From Chitinophagales bacterium (GTDB lineage Bacteria > Bacteroidota > Bacteroidia > Chitinophagales > LD1), in assembly GCA_033578915.1 (NCBI GenBank), contig JAVQWQ010000001.1, forward strand, positions 1 to 42,355: a DNA stretch of 42,355 nt, in the 5' to 3' direction. Under the pieces are notes generated by a model. That model was given only the letters and a program-made list of their open reading frames with translations. It made no database searches and was not told the DNA's origin. A program made the position numbers and the translations under genes. Numbering within the stretch: position 1 is the first letter of the stretch; each line of letters starts with the position of its first letter. Of the stretch, positions 18,968 to 29,100 are shown in pieces.

Positions 18968-19101
18968 CGAGGAAGGTTAAATTGAGATGATTTATTAGCA
19001 CTATAAATGATACGCTACTGTTTTAAAATGGTTACGAAATATAATAAATATAATTTTTTCTATTTGTTAAACCTTACACCAAAATGGCTGAGTTGGTTTT
19101 A

Positions 19102-20841
19102 TTACCTGATAATAACCATTTTGCCGAACCCTTTTTTAAAGTATTTATCAAAGCTTTCGCTGCGATGCTCGATGGGTTCATTATTTAATTTGGTAACTAC
19201 TCTGTAAAAATACACACCGTTTGCGAGGAGATCGCCATACTGATCGCGTCCGTCCCATGCATATTCAGTGATATTGTTTCCAATCCTAATAGGACCCAAC
19301 TCATGGCGTTGAATTTCTTTTACTACAGTTCCTTTTATATTCATAATCTGTATTTTAAAATAGTCGGGAACTTCACTGCCGGTGAGTGTAAATACAAAAC
19401 GAGTGGATGTAGTAAACGGATTAGGATAGTTGAGCACATTGGTGATAGTAGTTCTGGTAATTACCTCAAAATCTGTTTTATAATCGTACAAAATATTTCC
19501 TTCGTATCGCTGAGGCGAACTGCTGCTTTGGTTGCCGCTGCGGTCGCGGTCGCTTACATAGAGGGTGTATCTTCCATCCGTTGTAAATACCGGTTTCAGC
19601 TCCACGCGAGCCGTATTGTTTTTAGCTAAATTAGCAGGGTTTGCCGGATAGAAGCTCATCACCTGATTGTCATAGGCAAATCTGCGCGGAGTTGATTCAT
19701 TCGGATATTTGATGTAAACCTTTATCAAAGAGGTGTCATCAAGCGCCAGAAATTTGTTTTCATCTTTTAGAGTAATAACGATATGAGGCTTAGCAGAAAC
19801 TATTTCACCGTTTACGATGTGTCGGCCATCAAAAGTTACATCCAGCAAGGGATTTAAGTTATCTCCGCTTGTTGTAAATGAAACTTCAGCGATGTTATTG
19901 AAATGATACTGTTCAGGCTGATGATATATTCCGAGAGGGTTTGTTTCAATATATATCCGATTAATGCCCTGAAAATTATTTCCGGCAGCCGGAGTGTTTA
20001 ATCTTAGAATCATAGTTTGAAATCCTCGTAATGAATCCTGCTTGACAAAATAGGTAACAGGATTAAGGAGTGCATCGCGAATGATATATTTGGTTGTGAG
20101 ACTATCCATAGGATATTCTGTAACATTCTCCACCGCTATTTCAAGATTTAGATTGCTGCCTAGCAAGATACTATCCGTGAATACAAAGTGAGCGCTCGGA
20201 TTTAGAGCAGCCTCAGGTACCTCTTTGTAAAGAACTCTCCAGTATTTTAATTGTGTGGGAGTTCGGTCAATCACATCTTTGGTTACCAACTCCAATTGTA
20301 TAAACGGGTAAACCGATGCGTCTATAAACTGGATATTGTTGTCAGGTGCTGCGGTGCGCAGCAACAACACCTTTTGGTTTGCTTTATTAATTCCGTAAAT
20401 GGCTACAGTATCCTCATCATAAGTTGGGTTTTCCTTGCTCCTCTTTTGCCAATGAAAACTGCCCCATTCCTGAGCAGGGCCGATAACAGTTGAGGTCATG
20501 GCACCCTGGAACCATGTACCAACAAAATCAGTAGAAGCTGTAACTATACTTGTAGAGGGAGGATTTCCAAGCCTGCTGAGCGCAGGATAATTAAAGTTTC
20601 CTTTTTGAGTAAAGTAAATGTAGGGCGCGCTGATAGCTCCGTTTTTAAGCTGTTGAAATGTGGTTGCACCCAATTTGTTAACCAAAGCATTAACCAATAC
20701 CGTATCCCACAAAGTATAGTTTTGCGGTTGCCAGTTTATCGTATAAACCAACACATAAAAACCATTGGGAATAGAATCAATGAAATCACTGATTACCTGC
20801 GCCCATGTTTTATTGGTAAATACTGGATGGTTGGCATTCAC
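19102..20841 (-). CDS. C-terminal portion of the PorU-like C25 peptidase gene (Ig-like/beta-rich region plus T9SS CTD); track start is a GTG in frame with the upstream ORF
   Basis: 579 aa with no signal peptide. Ends in a FlgD-Ig/T9SS-type CTD (NYPNPFTTSTRFVF ... WDGRDQYGDLLANGVYFYRVV ... KMVIIR, about 19105..19380). The 36 codons between it and the TGA at 20950..20952 are open in the same frame. Confidence 0.75.
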   Translation of the reverse strand: MNANHPVFTNKTWAQVISDFIDSIPNGFYVLVYTINWQPQNYTLWDTVLVNALVNKLGATTFQQLKNGAISAPYIYFTQKGNFNYPALSRLGNPPSTSIVTASTDFVGTWFQGAMTSTVIGPAQEWGSFHWQKRSKENPTYDEDTVAIYGINKANQKVLLLRTAAPDNNIQFIDASVYPFIQLELVTKDVIDRTPTQLKYWRVLYKEVPEAALNPSAHFVFTDSILLGSNLNLEIAVENVTEYPMDSLTTKYIIRDALLNPVTYFVKQDSLRGFQTMILRLNTPAAGNNFQGINRIYIETNPLGIYHQPEQYHFNNIAEVSFTTSGDNLNPLLDVTFDGRHIVNGEIVSAKPHIVITLKDENKFLALDDTSLIKVYIKYPNESTPRRFAYDNQVMSFYPANPANLAKNNTARVELKPVFTTDGRYTLYVSDRDRSGNQSSSSPQRYEGNILYDYKTDFEVITRTTITNVLNYPNPFTTSTRFVFTLTGSEVPDYFKIQIMNIKGTVVKEIQRHELGPIRIGNNITEYAWDGRDQYGDLLANGVYFYRVVTKLNNEPIEHRSESFDKYFKKGFGKMVIIR

Positions 20842-20949
20842 TGTTCTGAAGTCAAAGCCATATTGCTCAATTGCCGATCCCGGCTGTACATGAATATTGC
20901 CATATTTACCATAAGAAGATGGCCCGTAATTAATACTTGCCCACGGCTT

Positions 20950-20952
20950 TCA
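20950..20952 (-). other. Single in-frame TGA interrupting an otherwise continuous ~1716-codon reading frame (19102..24252)
   Basis: The minus strand reads ...GAA AGT GCA ACA TGA AAG CCG TGG GCA AGT ATT AAT TAC... The frame continues without a stop into ORF 20841..19102. Confidence 0.9.
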
Positions 20953-23900
20953 TGTTGCACTTTCAATAACGGCAAATACCAAACCATTCGTATATCCCAG
21001 TTTATTGATAAATCGCCCTCTATGCATCAACACGCCATTATAATACCAGGAAACAGCCAAAGGGTCGCCCCCGCCGGCCTGCACGTCTATCTGATTAGCT
21101 GTTTTAGGGAAGCGGAACAAACGATCACTATCATAATTTAATAAGCTAAACTTATCTTTCAGATACTGATAATGATGGCTTTGATTCCAGCCAGGATATT
21201 CATTTGCCAGATAAATAAATGAGCTATAGTGCCAGTTTTTCCCTGTACCACCGCTGTCTATCCCTACCCTCCAGTAGTAAACCGTACTGTCTTGCATTAT
21301 GATATTTGGAGTGAACTTTACTACTCCTCCTTTTTGAGCCACCACTCCTGACACTCGCAACGGTGAGTTGAAAAGTTCTGTGGTATCTATTTCAAATCTG
21401 TATGCACGATAAGGCGCAAAAGGATTAACCGTAGAGGCCTTCAAGGTTACGCCTTGCTTAGGCACAATGGCAAATTCATACGGATATATGGGAATAATAT
21501 CATCGCTTTGGATATTCGTAACAATAGCTCCCAGCGGAATACGATTGTTGAATTCGGCCATTTCATCCACTTTTTCTTCGCTTTCTATAAATGCGCCAAA
21601 TTCATTAGCACCATATCCAATATAGCTGTTTCCGTAAGGTACAAGAGTAGGAATGCGAAAGGTAACAGTGTCCTTGTAGTAGTTGCGGGAAAGTGGCACG
21701 TGGTAAGTAAGATCTAAAAAGTTTGAAGGATTTTGGGGGTCGCGCACCCTACGGTATAAAGTGGCACGTATGGTGTTCGGCAAAGCCTTACCGAGATTAG
21801 TTACAATAAGTTTAGCCTCAAAAGTATCACTTGCAGCAGTGATGTTGGACGGATTAAAATAAAGCGAAGAGTTATCTATGGCATAATCGGGTTTTGGATA
21901 TTGATTGATGGTGAGCGCAGGATCACCGTGCAGGGTGAATTCATATCCTACCATCATAGTAAAATGGTCGCCAGAGCAACAGGAATTCAGGTCGCTCATT
22001 GTTTTGCTGATAATGTCTCCAAGTGATCTGGTGTAAAAACTCCGTGCAAGATTTTCATAAATTCGGGTGGTGTAAATATTTAAACTGGCCGAAAGCGAAA
22101 GGCCTGTTGTAGCCAAAAAGGCAATAGCACCAGTGTTCAACCCCTGATAATTTTCGTTGGCACGCGGGATAACAAATCGTTCGCTGTAGTTGCGCGATGC
22201 GCTGTGAATAAAGCCCACTAAACAACCATTGGAAATAATTATCGGATAACGGTTATAGTTGGTGTAATTATTTGGTTCATCAATACTCACATCGAAACCC
22301 AGGTTAGATGATGAATGTCCAAAAAAGGTAAGCAGAGATATTCCGCGGTTTATGATACTTTTTACAACCTGCTGCTGGGATTGATCTATTGGCGCAGGAG
22401 AATTTTTAGAGAATGTAGTAACTTTTGCACCATAAGATGTGTCCTCGATAATACGCTTCCAATTATTGACGTAACTGGCAAGGATAACCTGCTCTGTAGC
22501 AGAGGTGCCTCCAGAAAAATGCAGCACTTGTTTCATCCATTCCTTTTCCGGTATGCTTTGATTAGGAGCATATTGTGCTTGTAGCGATTCATAGGTCTTG
22601 AGTTTGTCCAGATATACTTTTATGTCATCTTGCGTTTGGGCTGCAAGACGGCCAATAGCAACGCTGGGAATGTTGCTCCCTATAGGACATGCCAACAAAA
22701 TATCAGAACCAGGGTAGCCAAATGTAGGCACAAGGCACTGATTGCGCGCAGCGGCACTCACTCGCATATCAGGATATTCGCGTGCCTTTCCTAATAACAA
22801 GACATAACGAGGTTTTCTGTTTTGAGACCAGTTATTCACTGCATACTGTATAAAATTAACTATTGCCAGAGGATGCTTAGATATGCCGTAAGCAAACTGA
22901 TCGTATAATTGTTCCACATCCACCGTTACTGCAATGAATTTTCCACCAAAACCTCCGTTCACATCGCGATAGAGGCGATATTGTTCAACCTGGCTTTTAG
23001 GGTCATTAACTCCTAAGGAGGGATGCGAAATGATAACAAAATTTCCTTGATTGGCTAAAGCAGTATAATTCTTGAATTCTATTGGAGTGATAGCTGTGAT
23101 ATTTGTAATAATGCTCTCGCTACCCAATATCAAATCTCTGTTTACAGATGAAGGCGGAAGAGCGAATTTACTACTGCCGGCAGGAGAAGTTATCCGCAGG
23201 CCATTAGTGATATCATATAAAATTAAGGTCGAATTATTGTCGTTAAAGTTTGAAATGTCGAGATACTTTCGACCAGGCCCAGCATTAATCTGAAAGCGGA
23301 AAAAGTTTGCACCTCCAAAGTCGAATAACCGTGGATAGGTGATTTCAATAAGCTGTATTCTGTTTTGTTGGGTGCCGGGCGAGTTGTCGCTAAAGCGATA
23401 TGAAACGGGCGTAGTACCGTTTGCAATGAGGCCAAGTGGTATTTGCTGTTCAAATTTACTTTGACGCCATCCGGCATAGCTGGTGTTGAATACTACTTGA
23501 CCGTTGACTTTTACCGTGAGTATATGAGGAGAGTTGCTGCGGCTCAGGTGATAAAACCTGAAGCGTGCAGTACCGGGGCTTCCCGGCCCTGTATAAACGA
23601 AAGGAGTTGGGATGTTAGTAACTGTTTCTGTAGGTGAGCTGTTAATCCAACCACCGCTCCATCCTTCTCCTTCTTCGTAGAGCGATTTCGAAAGCTCATC
23701 TTTTCCTGCATAGTAAACTTTACCTTCGAAAAAACTATTCAGAAAAACCGTGAGCGAAGGATGCATGAAAAAATTTTCCTTTGGGGGGAGATTGGTAAGG
23801 TCGTTATTGATATTAATCAATCTTCTGTTGTTGGTACTTGAAGAGGTTGTAAGGAAATATACTGAGGTATCTGTAAATAAACTGTAATAAGGATGTGGCT

Positions 23901-24252
23901 GTGCGCCTCTGGGCACATAGAGCAAACTATCTATTTCGCCCCTGTTGCGCACTCCAAAAAACTCGATAAAATCACCCTGGCCTAAGGCTGTGTTGTTGGA
24001 TATGTAAATAGGAACCTGTTGGCCATTGTGATACATCACAATATTAGCAGGGTTTATCATACTAATATTTGGAATCGCAGCAGCCAGAGTAGAATATGGG
24101 ATTCTGTATATTCCATCTTGCCACACCTTGATTTTAAAATGTGTGCGGTTGTAATCTATCCACTCGTTACCGTAATTCTGAGCCGCAACTCTGCAACAAA
24201 TTATTGCCAAAGCAATAGCTATGTAGCAAAAAATTCGGTTCAGGTTTTTCAT
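20950..24252 (-). CDS. Peptidase C25 (gingipain/PorU-like) family protein, N-terminal 1100 codons up to an in-frame TGA
   Basis: Signal peptide MKNLNRIFCYIAIALAIICCRVAAQ. C25-type core (PRYVLLLGKAREYP ... VPTFGYPGSD). Clan-CD catalytic dyad candidates FFGHSS (His codon 22315..22317) and IIISNGCLVG (Cys codon 22222..22224). Start overlaps the upstream porV-like stop by ATGA. Confidence 0.8.
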   Translation of the reverse strand: MKNLNRIFCYIAIALAIICCRVAAQNYGNEWIDYNRTHFKIKVWQDGIYRIPYSTLAAAIPNISMINPANIVMYHNGQQVPIYISNNTALGQGDFIEFFGVRNRGEIDSLLYVPRGAQPHPYYSLFTDTSVYFLTTSSSTNNRRLININNDLTNLPPKENFFMHPSLTVFLNSFFEGKVYYAGKDELSKSLYEEGEGWSGGWINSSPTETVTNIPTPFVYTGPGSPGTARFRFYHLSRSNSPHILTVKVNGQVVFNTSYAGWRQSKFEQQIPLGLIANGTTPVSYRFSDNSPGTQQNRIQLIEITYPRLFDFGGANFFRFQINAGPGRKYLDISNFNDNNSTLILYDITNGLRITSPAGSSKFALPPSSVNRDLILGSESIITNITAITPIEFKNYTALANQGNFVIISHPSLGVNDPKSQVEQYRLYRDVNGGFGGKFIAVTVDVEQLYDQFAYGISKHPLAIVNFIQYAVNNWSQNRKPRYVLLLGKAREYPDMRVSAAARNQCLVPTFGYPGSDILLACPIGSNIPSVAIGRLAAQTQDDIKVYLDKLKTYESLQAQYAPNQSIPEKEWMKQVLHFSGGTSATEQVILASYVNNWKRIIEDTSYGAKVTTFSKNSPAPIDQSQQQVVKSIINRGISLLTFFGHSSSNLGFDVSIDEPNNYTNYNRYPIIISNGCLVGFIHSASRNYSERFVIPRANENYQGLNTGAIAFLATTGLSLSASLNIYTTRIYENLARSFYTRSLGDIISKTMSDLNSCCSGDHFTMMVGYEFTLHGDPALTINQYPKPDYAIDNSSLYFNPSNITAASDTFEAKLIVTNLGKALPNTIRATLYRRVRDPQNPSNFLDLTYHVPLSRNYYKDTVTFRIPTLVPYGNSYIGYGANEFGAFIESEEKVDEMAEFNNRIPLGAIVTNIQSDDIIPIYPYEFAIVPKQGVTLKASTVNPFAPYRAYRFEIDTTELFNSPLRVSGVVAQKGGVVKFTPNIIMQDSTVYYWRVGIDSGGTGKNWHYSSFIYLANEYPGWNQSHHYQYLKDKFSLLNYDSDRLFRFPKTANQIDVQAGGGDPLAVSWYYNGVLMHRGRFINKLGYTNGLVFAVIESAT

Positions 24253-25349
24253 GGTTTCCTTTTGTTAATGTCAAGGCGAAGCGAGATTACATTGGAATAA
24301 AGTCCGGTAGAGCCAGTATTGTTACTGTTTAAAGTTGTAAGATTGGTTAAGGCATAATCAAGAGAAATCACTTTGATGTGCACACCTACACCCATACATG
24401 GCGATAATGAGAATGATTGTTTACCATCTTCGGCATAAATCCGTTGAAGATTATTAAAACCACCGCGTATATAACCGATATTGAACAAATTTAGTTCAAG
24501 GCCGGCATTAATATCCATACTGATAGGTTTAGCCGAGAGCAACACATTACGCCTGCCATCGGTACTGAAAATAAAATTAGCTTCAGGTAGGATAAAAAAT
24601 TTGTTTTTAATGGAAACTTTGTAAGCAAGTCCAAGATGAATATGAGGAACGGTAATTTCGGTAGTACTGGCCGGTAGCTGGTTATTGCTTTGCAGTAAAA
24701 CTCTTTTTTCTTCTTCGGTAAATGTAAAATCCCAGGCTGCAAACGTGGTGGTGATGTCGCGAAGCATAAGGCCGGCTTGCAGACCCTTCCAGCGATACTG
24801 AAGGCCTGCATCTATTCCAAAACCAAACGCTTTAGCAAAAGTTCCCACCTGCCGGTAAATAACTTTAGCGCTGCCACCAACTGTTAGCCCTTCTACGGGC
24901 AGTTTCTGCGCATAGTGAAACATAAATGCATAGTCTGCTACGGAAAAAGAGCGAATATTGTTGTAGTTGATACTATTGTCCGGGCCAATTAGAAACAAAG
25001 TATTTGGAATATCGTCCACACCGAAACGATAAAAAGAAATACCGATTACACTTTTTTTATCGCGAATAGGAACAGCAAAAGCTCCGAAATCCCACTTGGC
25101 AATACCGGCAAAATATTCAGTGTGCATGAAACCTAACTGAAAGGTATTTTGTATGCGAGCCAACCCTGCGGGATTGTAATACGCGCTGTAAACATCTTCA
25201 CATGAAGCTGCCTGGGCAGTACCCATAGCTAAACCCCTTGCACCTACACCAATGTTCAAAAACTCATTACTGTACTTTCGAACCGTTTGAGACATAGTGT
25301 AGTAGCACATACTGGTTGCAACAAGTATCAATAGGTAGGTTTTTGTCAT
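24249..25349 (-). CDS. PorV/PorQ-family outer-membrane beta-barrel (T9SS shuttle-like)
   Basis: 366 aa with a signal peptide. N-terminal signature NEFLNIGVGARGLAMGTAQAA..DVYSAYYNPAGLA, characteristic of PorV(LptO)/PorQ. Alternating beta-strand pattern to the C-terminus. Translationally coupled (ATGA) to the C25 peptidase gene. Confidence 0.7.
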   Translation of the reverse strand: MTKTYLLILVATSMCYYTMSQTVRKYSNEFLNIGVGARGLAMGTAQAASCEDVYSAYYNPAGLARIQNTFQLGFMHTEYFAGIAKWDFGAFAVPIRDKKSVIGISFYRFGVDDIPNTLFLIGPDNSINYNNIRSFSVADYAFMFHYAQKLPVEGLTVGGSAKVIYRQVGTFAKAFGFGIDAGLQYRWKGLQAGLMLRDITTTFAAWDFTFTEEEKRVLLQSNNQLPASTTEITVPHIHLGLAYKVSIKNKFFILPEANFIFSTDGRRNVLLSAKPISMDINAGLELNLFNIGYIRGGFNNLQRIYAEDGKQSFSLSPCMGVGVHIKVISLDYALTNLTTLNSNNTGSTGLYSNVISLRLDINKRKP

Positions 25350-25352
25350 GTG

Positions 25353-26006
25353 TTACAAATCATCCAACAGATTTTTCCATTCTTTTACACTTTTGTAGTA
25401 CTGGTTTATTACTTCAATAATACGAAAGAGTTCGGAATTTGTCATATTAATTCCTGTAATTTTAGCATATAAAAAAGAGATGATATCTGTAATAACTTTT
25501 GAGTCGTTAAGTTGATACAAAAACCTGTTTTGCAGCATACGCTCCCGCCTCTCACACACAACTTCATATAAACTTGCTATCTGATGTTTTTCAAAATAAT
25601 GTTTAAGAGACAGCGATAATGTATTTTCAAGCATATTGTAAAAATTTTGAGTGAGACTTGGATGGCACTCCTGCAAGCATCGGTCAAAAAGAATTTCTGC
25701 CAACAGATGCGCTATAACCGAGAGACGCAAACGGCCTCGGTCAAGTTGGGCATGAACCATTCCCTTTGTCAGCATATCTGAAACTTTAACAAAAGCATCG
25801 CTTAGATGAAATTTCCTATCATCTGCATAATGTGTTATTATTCCATCATGAAAATGTATTTCTTCTTCACTTAGGCTGGCAGTTGATTTTACAATTTTTT
25901 GATTATAAACCTTTGTAAACCCTTGAACTAAATCAGGAAGAAGATTGCCAAAACAAAAGCCTGAGGACTCTGATTGCCTCAGATAGTAATGCGCCAGAAA
26001 GTACAT
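25353..26006 (-). CDS. Acyl carrier protein phosphodiesterase (AcpH)-like protein
   Basis: 217 aa. N-terminus MYFLAHYYL....GNLLPDLVQG parallels E. coli AcpH MNFLAHLHLA....GNLLADFVRG. GIITHYADD parallels GIHMHRRID. Stop is 3 nt before the porV-like ATG. Recognition is from memory of the AcpH sequence only. Confidence 0.45.
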   Translation of the reverse strand: MYFLAHYYLRQSESSGFCFGNLLPDLVQGFTKVYNQKIVKSTASLSEEEIHFHDGIITHYADDRKFHLSDAFVKVSDMLTKGMVHAQLDRGRLRLSVIAHLLAEILFDRCLQECHPSLTQNFYNMLENTLSLSLKHYFEKHQIASLYEVVCERRERMLQNRFLYQLNDSKVITDIISFLYAKITGINMTNSELFRIIEVINQYYKSVKEWKNLLDDL

Positions 26007-26121
26007 TCAAAAAATTTAACCTGAATAATTTTTGCCTTAAAGACTTATATCAAAAGAATTCCTTTTTCTCAATATTTATAAAACCAGTTCGTTTATAGGC
26101 ATGCCTGCATTATTTTAGCAA

Positions 26122-29100
26122 ATGATGAATGCTTCTCAATATGATGAGCTTGTCGCAAAGCTCGATGCCTTTATTCGAAAATACTATCTGAATGAATTAA
26201 TCAGAGGAATAATTTTTACCTCTATTTATATTTTAGTATTGTTTCTCGCAATCAATGTTACGGAATATTATTTGTATCTGCCTTCGCTGTATCGAAAAAT
26301 TCTTTTTTACGGATTTATATTTTCTACGTTACTTTTTGCCTGCCGCTTCATTATTGTTCCACTCGTTCATTATTTCAGATTAGGCAAAATAATTTCTCAG
26401 GAAAGAGCGGCAGAGATTATAGGTAGTCATTTTGCAGAAGTAAGAGACAAACTCCTGAACATTCTTCAGTTGAAAAAGCTTTCTGAACAGAGCGAGTACG
26501 ATTTGCTTCGGGCAAGCATAGAACAAAAAATCAGCGAGATCAGGCCAATAAATTTTTCTTTGGCGATAGACCTGTCTAAAAACAAAAAATACCTTCGTTT
26601 TCTGCTGCCTCCTGCATTACTACTCCTTTTTATTGTTATCGCAGCCCCGCGCATGATAACCGAAAGTACAAAACGCCTCTATTACAATAACCGCGAATTT
26701 GAAAAACAAGCGCCATTTCGCTTTGTTATTCAAAACAAGTCTCTGAAAGTATTACAGTACTCAGATTTCGTACTCGAAGTAAAAACAGAAGGCAAGGCGC
26801 TGCCGTCAGAGGTATTCTTAGAAACAGACAAACAAACATTTAAAATGAAGAAAAAGCAAGGCAACCTCTTCTCCTTTGAATTTACATCAATAGAACGCCC
26901 GATTAATTTTCGCTTTTCCGCTGCGGGATTTAATTCTTCAACATACCAACTTGAAATAATTGAAAAGCCTTCGTTATTAAGTTTTGAAGTTCGCTGCGAT
27001 TATCCCGCCTACACCGGAAAATCTGACGAGACTCTAAAAAGCATGGGAGACCTTAGTGTTCCTCAAGGGACAAAACTCACGTGGCAAATAAAAACACGCA
27101 GCGCTACGGCTGTCAATGTTAATTTTGGAGATCTGGCAACTGCTACCGCGCGGCCAATATCTGAAAATAATTTTGTGTTTGACCATACCGCACGGCAACC
27201 GCTGCGTTATACAATTTATGTTGAAAACAACAACACCCGCACCTTTGACTCTGTTACGTACCAATTACACGTTATTCCTGATCTTTATCCAACTATAAGC
27301 GTTAGCGAGAAACGCGATTCCATCAATAAGGATTACTTCTACTACATAGGCGAAGCAGGTGATGATTACGGTATAAGAAACCTTGTCTTTCGTTATTTTA
27401 TAGAACGCGATGATTCCGCCACATATCCAAATGTACAACAGACAGTAAATGTGCCTATTCCTTCCGGCAGTAGTTCTGCGCGTTTCACACATTTCTGGAA
27501 TATAAAAGATATTGGCCTGAGGCCAGGAGACAACATGCGGTATTATTTTGAAGTTTGGGACAACGATGCCGTCAATGGCAGCAAGAGCACACGCTCGCAA
27601 ATGCTGCAATTTCAAATGCCTTCACAGCGCGCCATTGAGCAGGAAATAAACCGCCAGAGCGAAGACATTAAAAACACTCTTGCAAAATCTCTCAAAGAAG
27701 CAAAAGAACTAAAACAAAAAATGAAAGAATCGCAGGAGAAGCTCCTTGAGAAAAAAAATCTGAATTGGGAAGACAAGAAAAACCTGAGCGACCTTGCAGC
27801 CAAGCAGAAAAACCTGGAAGAGCAACTCAAGGAAATAAAAAATAAACTGAACGATGCTCTCAAAAAGCAAGATGAATTTTCTCCGGTGAGCGAGCAGCTA
27901 AAGCAAAAACAAGAAAAACTCAAAGAACTATTTGAAAGAGTCTTAGACGATGAAATAAAAAAACTATATGAAAAGCTGGAAAAGCTTCTTGAGGAATTGA
28001 ACAAGAAAGATGCATTGGAAAAAATGAGCGAAATGGAGATGAGCAATGAAAAACTTGAAAAAGAACTCGATCGGATGCTGGAGTTGTTCAAAAAACTGGA
28101 GTTTAACCGAAAACTCGAAGAAACAGCTAATAAGCTGGAACAACTTGCCAAAAAAGAAGAGGAACTGGCTAAGCAAACAGAGCAGCAAGGAGACAAATAT
28201 AACTCTTCTACACAGCAAAATGAAAAGGAAAAACAACAACTGGTAGAAGAACAAAAAAAGCTGGAACAGCAATTGAAAGATGCCAAACAAGATTTCGATG
28301 AATTGAAAAAACTTAACGAGGAGAGTAAGAGCGGACAGGACATGAAAGAGTCCGAGCAGAATATGGAAACCGCAGAAAAACAAATGGAGGAAGCACGCGA
28401 ACAGATACAGCAAAACCAAAACGATAAAGCTGCAAAAAATCAAAAAAGCGCTGCCAACAACCTGAAAAATGCTGCTCGCAAAATGAAAGACATGAAAATG
28501 AAAATGGAGCAGGATGCTTTGGCTGAAGACCTTCAGGCGCTCAGACAACTGCTGAAAAACATTATGCAACTTTCTTTTGAACAGGAAAAACTCATTGATG
28601 AACTAAAAGTTCTGAATATCAATACTCCCAGATATGTTCAACTCATGAAGGCACAGCAGCGCATACGCGAAAACTCCAAAATGGTAGAAGACAGTCTGTA
28701 TGCACTTGCCCGAAGGCAAATAAGCATTGAGAGCTTTGTTACAAAGGAAATGAACAACGTCAACCGTTATCTTGCCAAATCGCTCCAGCATCTGGAAGAA
28801 AGAAATGTTTCAAATGCATTGAGCGACCAGCAGTTTGTTATGACCGGTTATAATAACCTGGCTTTAATGCTTAGTGAAAGCCTGCAGAATTTGCAAATGC
28901 AGATGAGCGGCAGCGAAAGCGATCAGGAACAGAGCGGCAAACCCAACGCAGCTTGCAAAAAACCCGGTAAAAACAGCAAGGGCATTCCTAACCTTTCGCA
29001 AATGCAAAAGCAACTTAACGACAAAATCAATCAATTGAGCGAGATGATAAACAGGCAAGGACAGCAAGGCAATCGCGAATATCAACGTGAACTGAGCAAA

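Noticed and set aside
20900-20952. Selenocysteine or genome-wide TGA recoding as the explanation for the in-frame TGA
   Set aside because: TGA clearly terminates other genes in the window, including two ATGA-coupled pairs. The context (SAT-TGA-KPW) is not a redox CxxU-type site. Downstream I see only a weak 4-6 bp stem (CCGT...ACGG), not a convincing bacterial SECIS hairpin. This cannot be fully excluded without folding and searching for selA/selB/selC.
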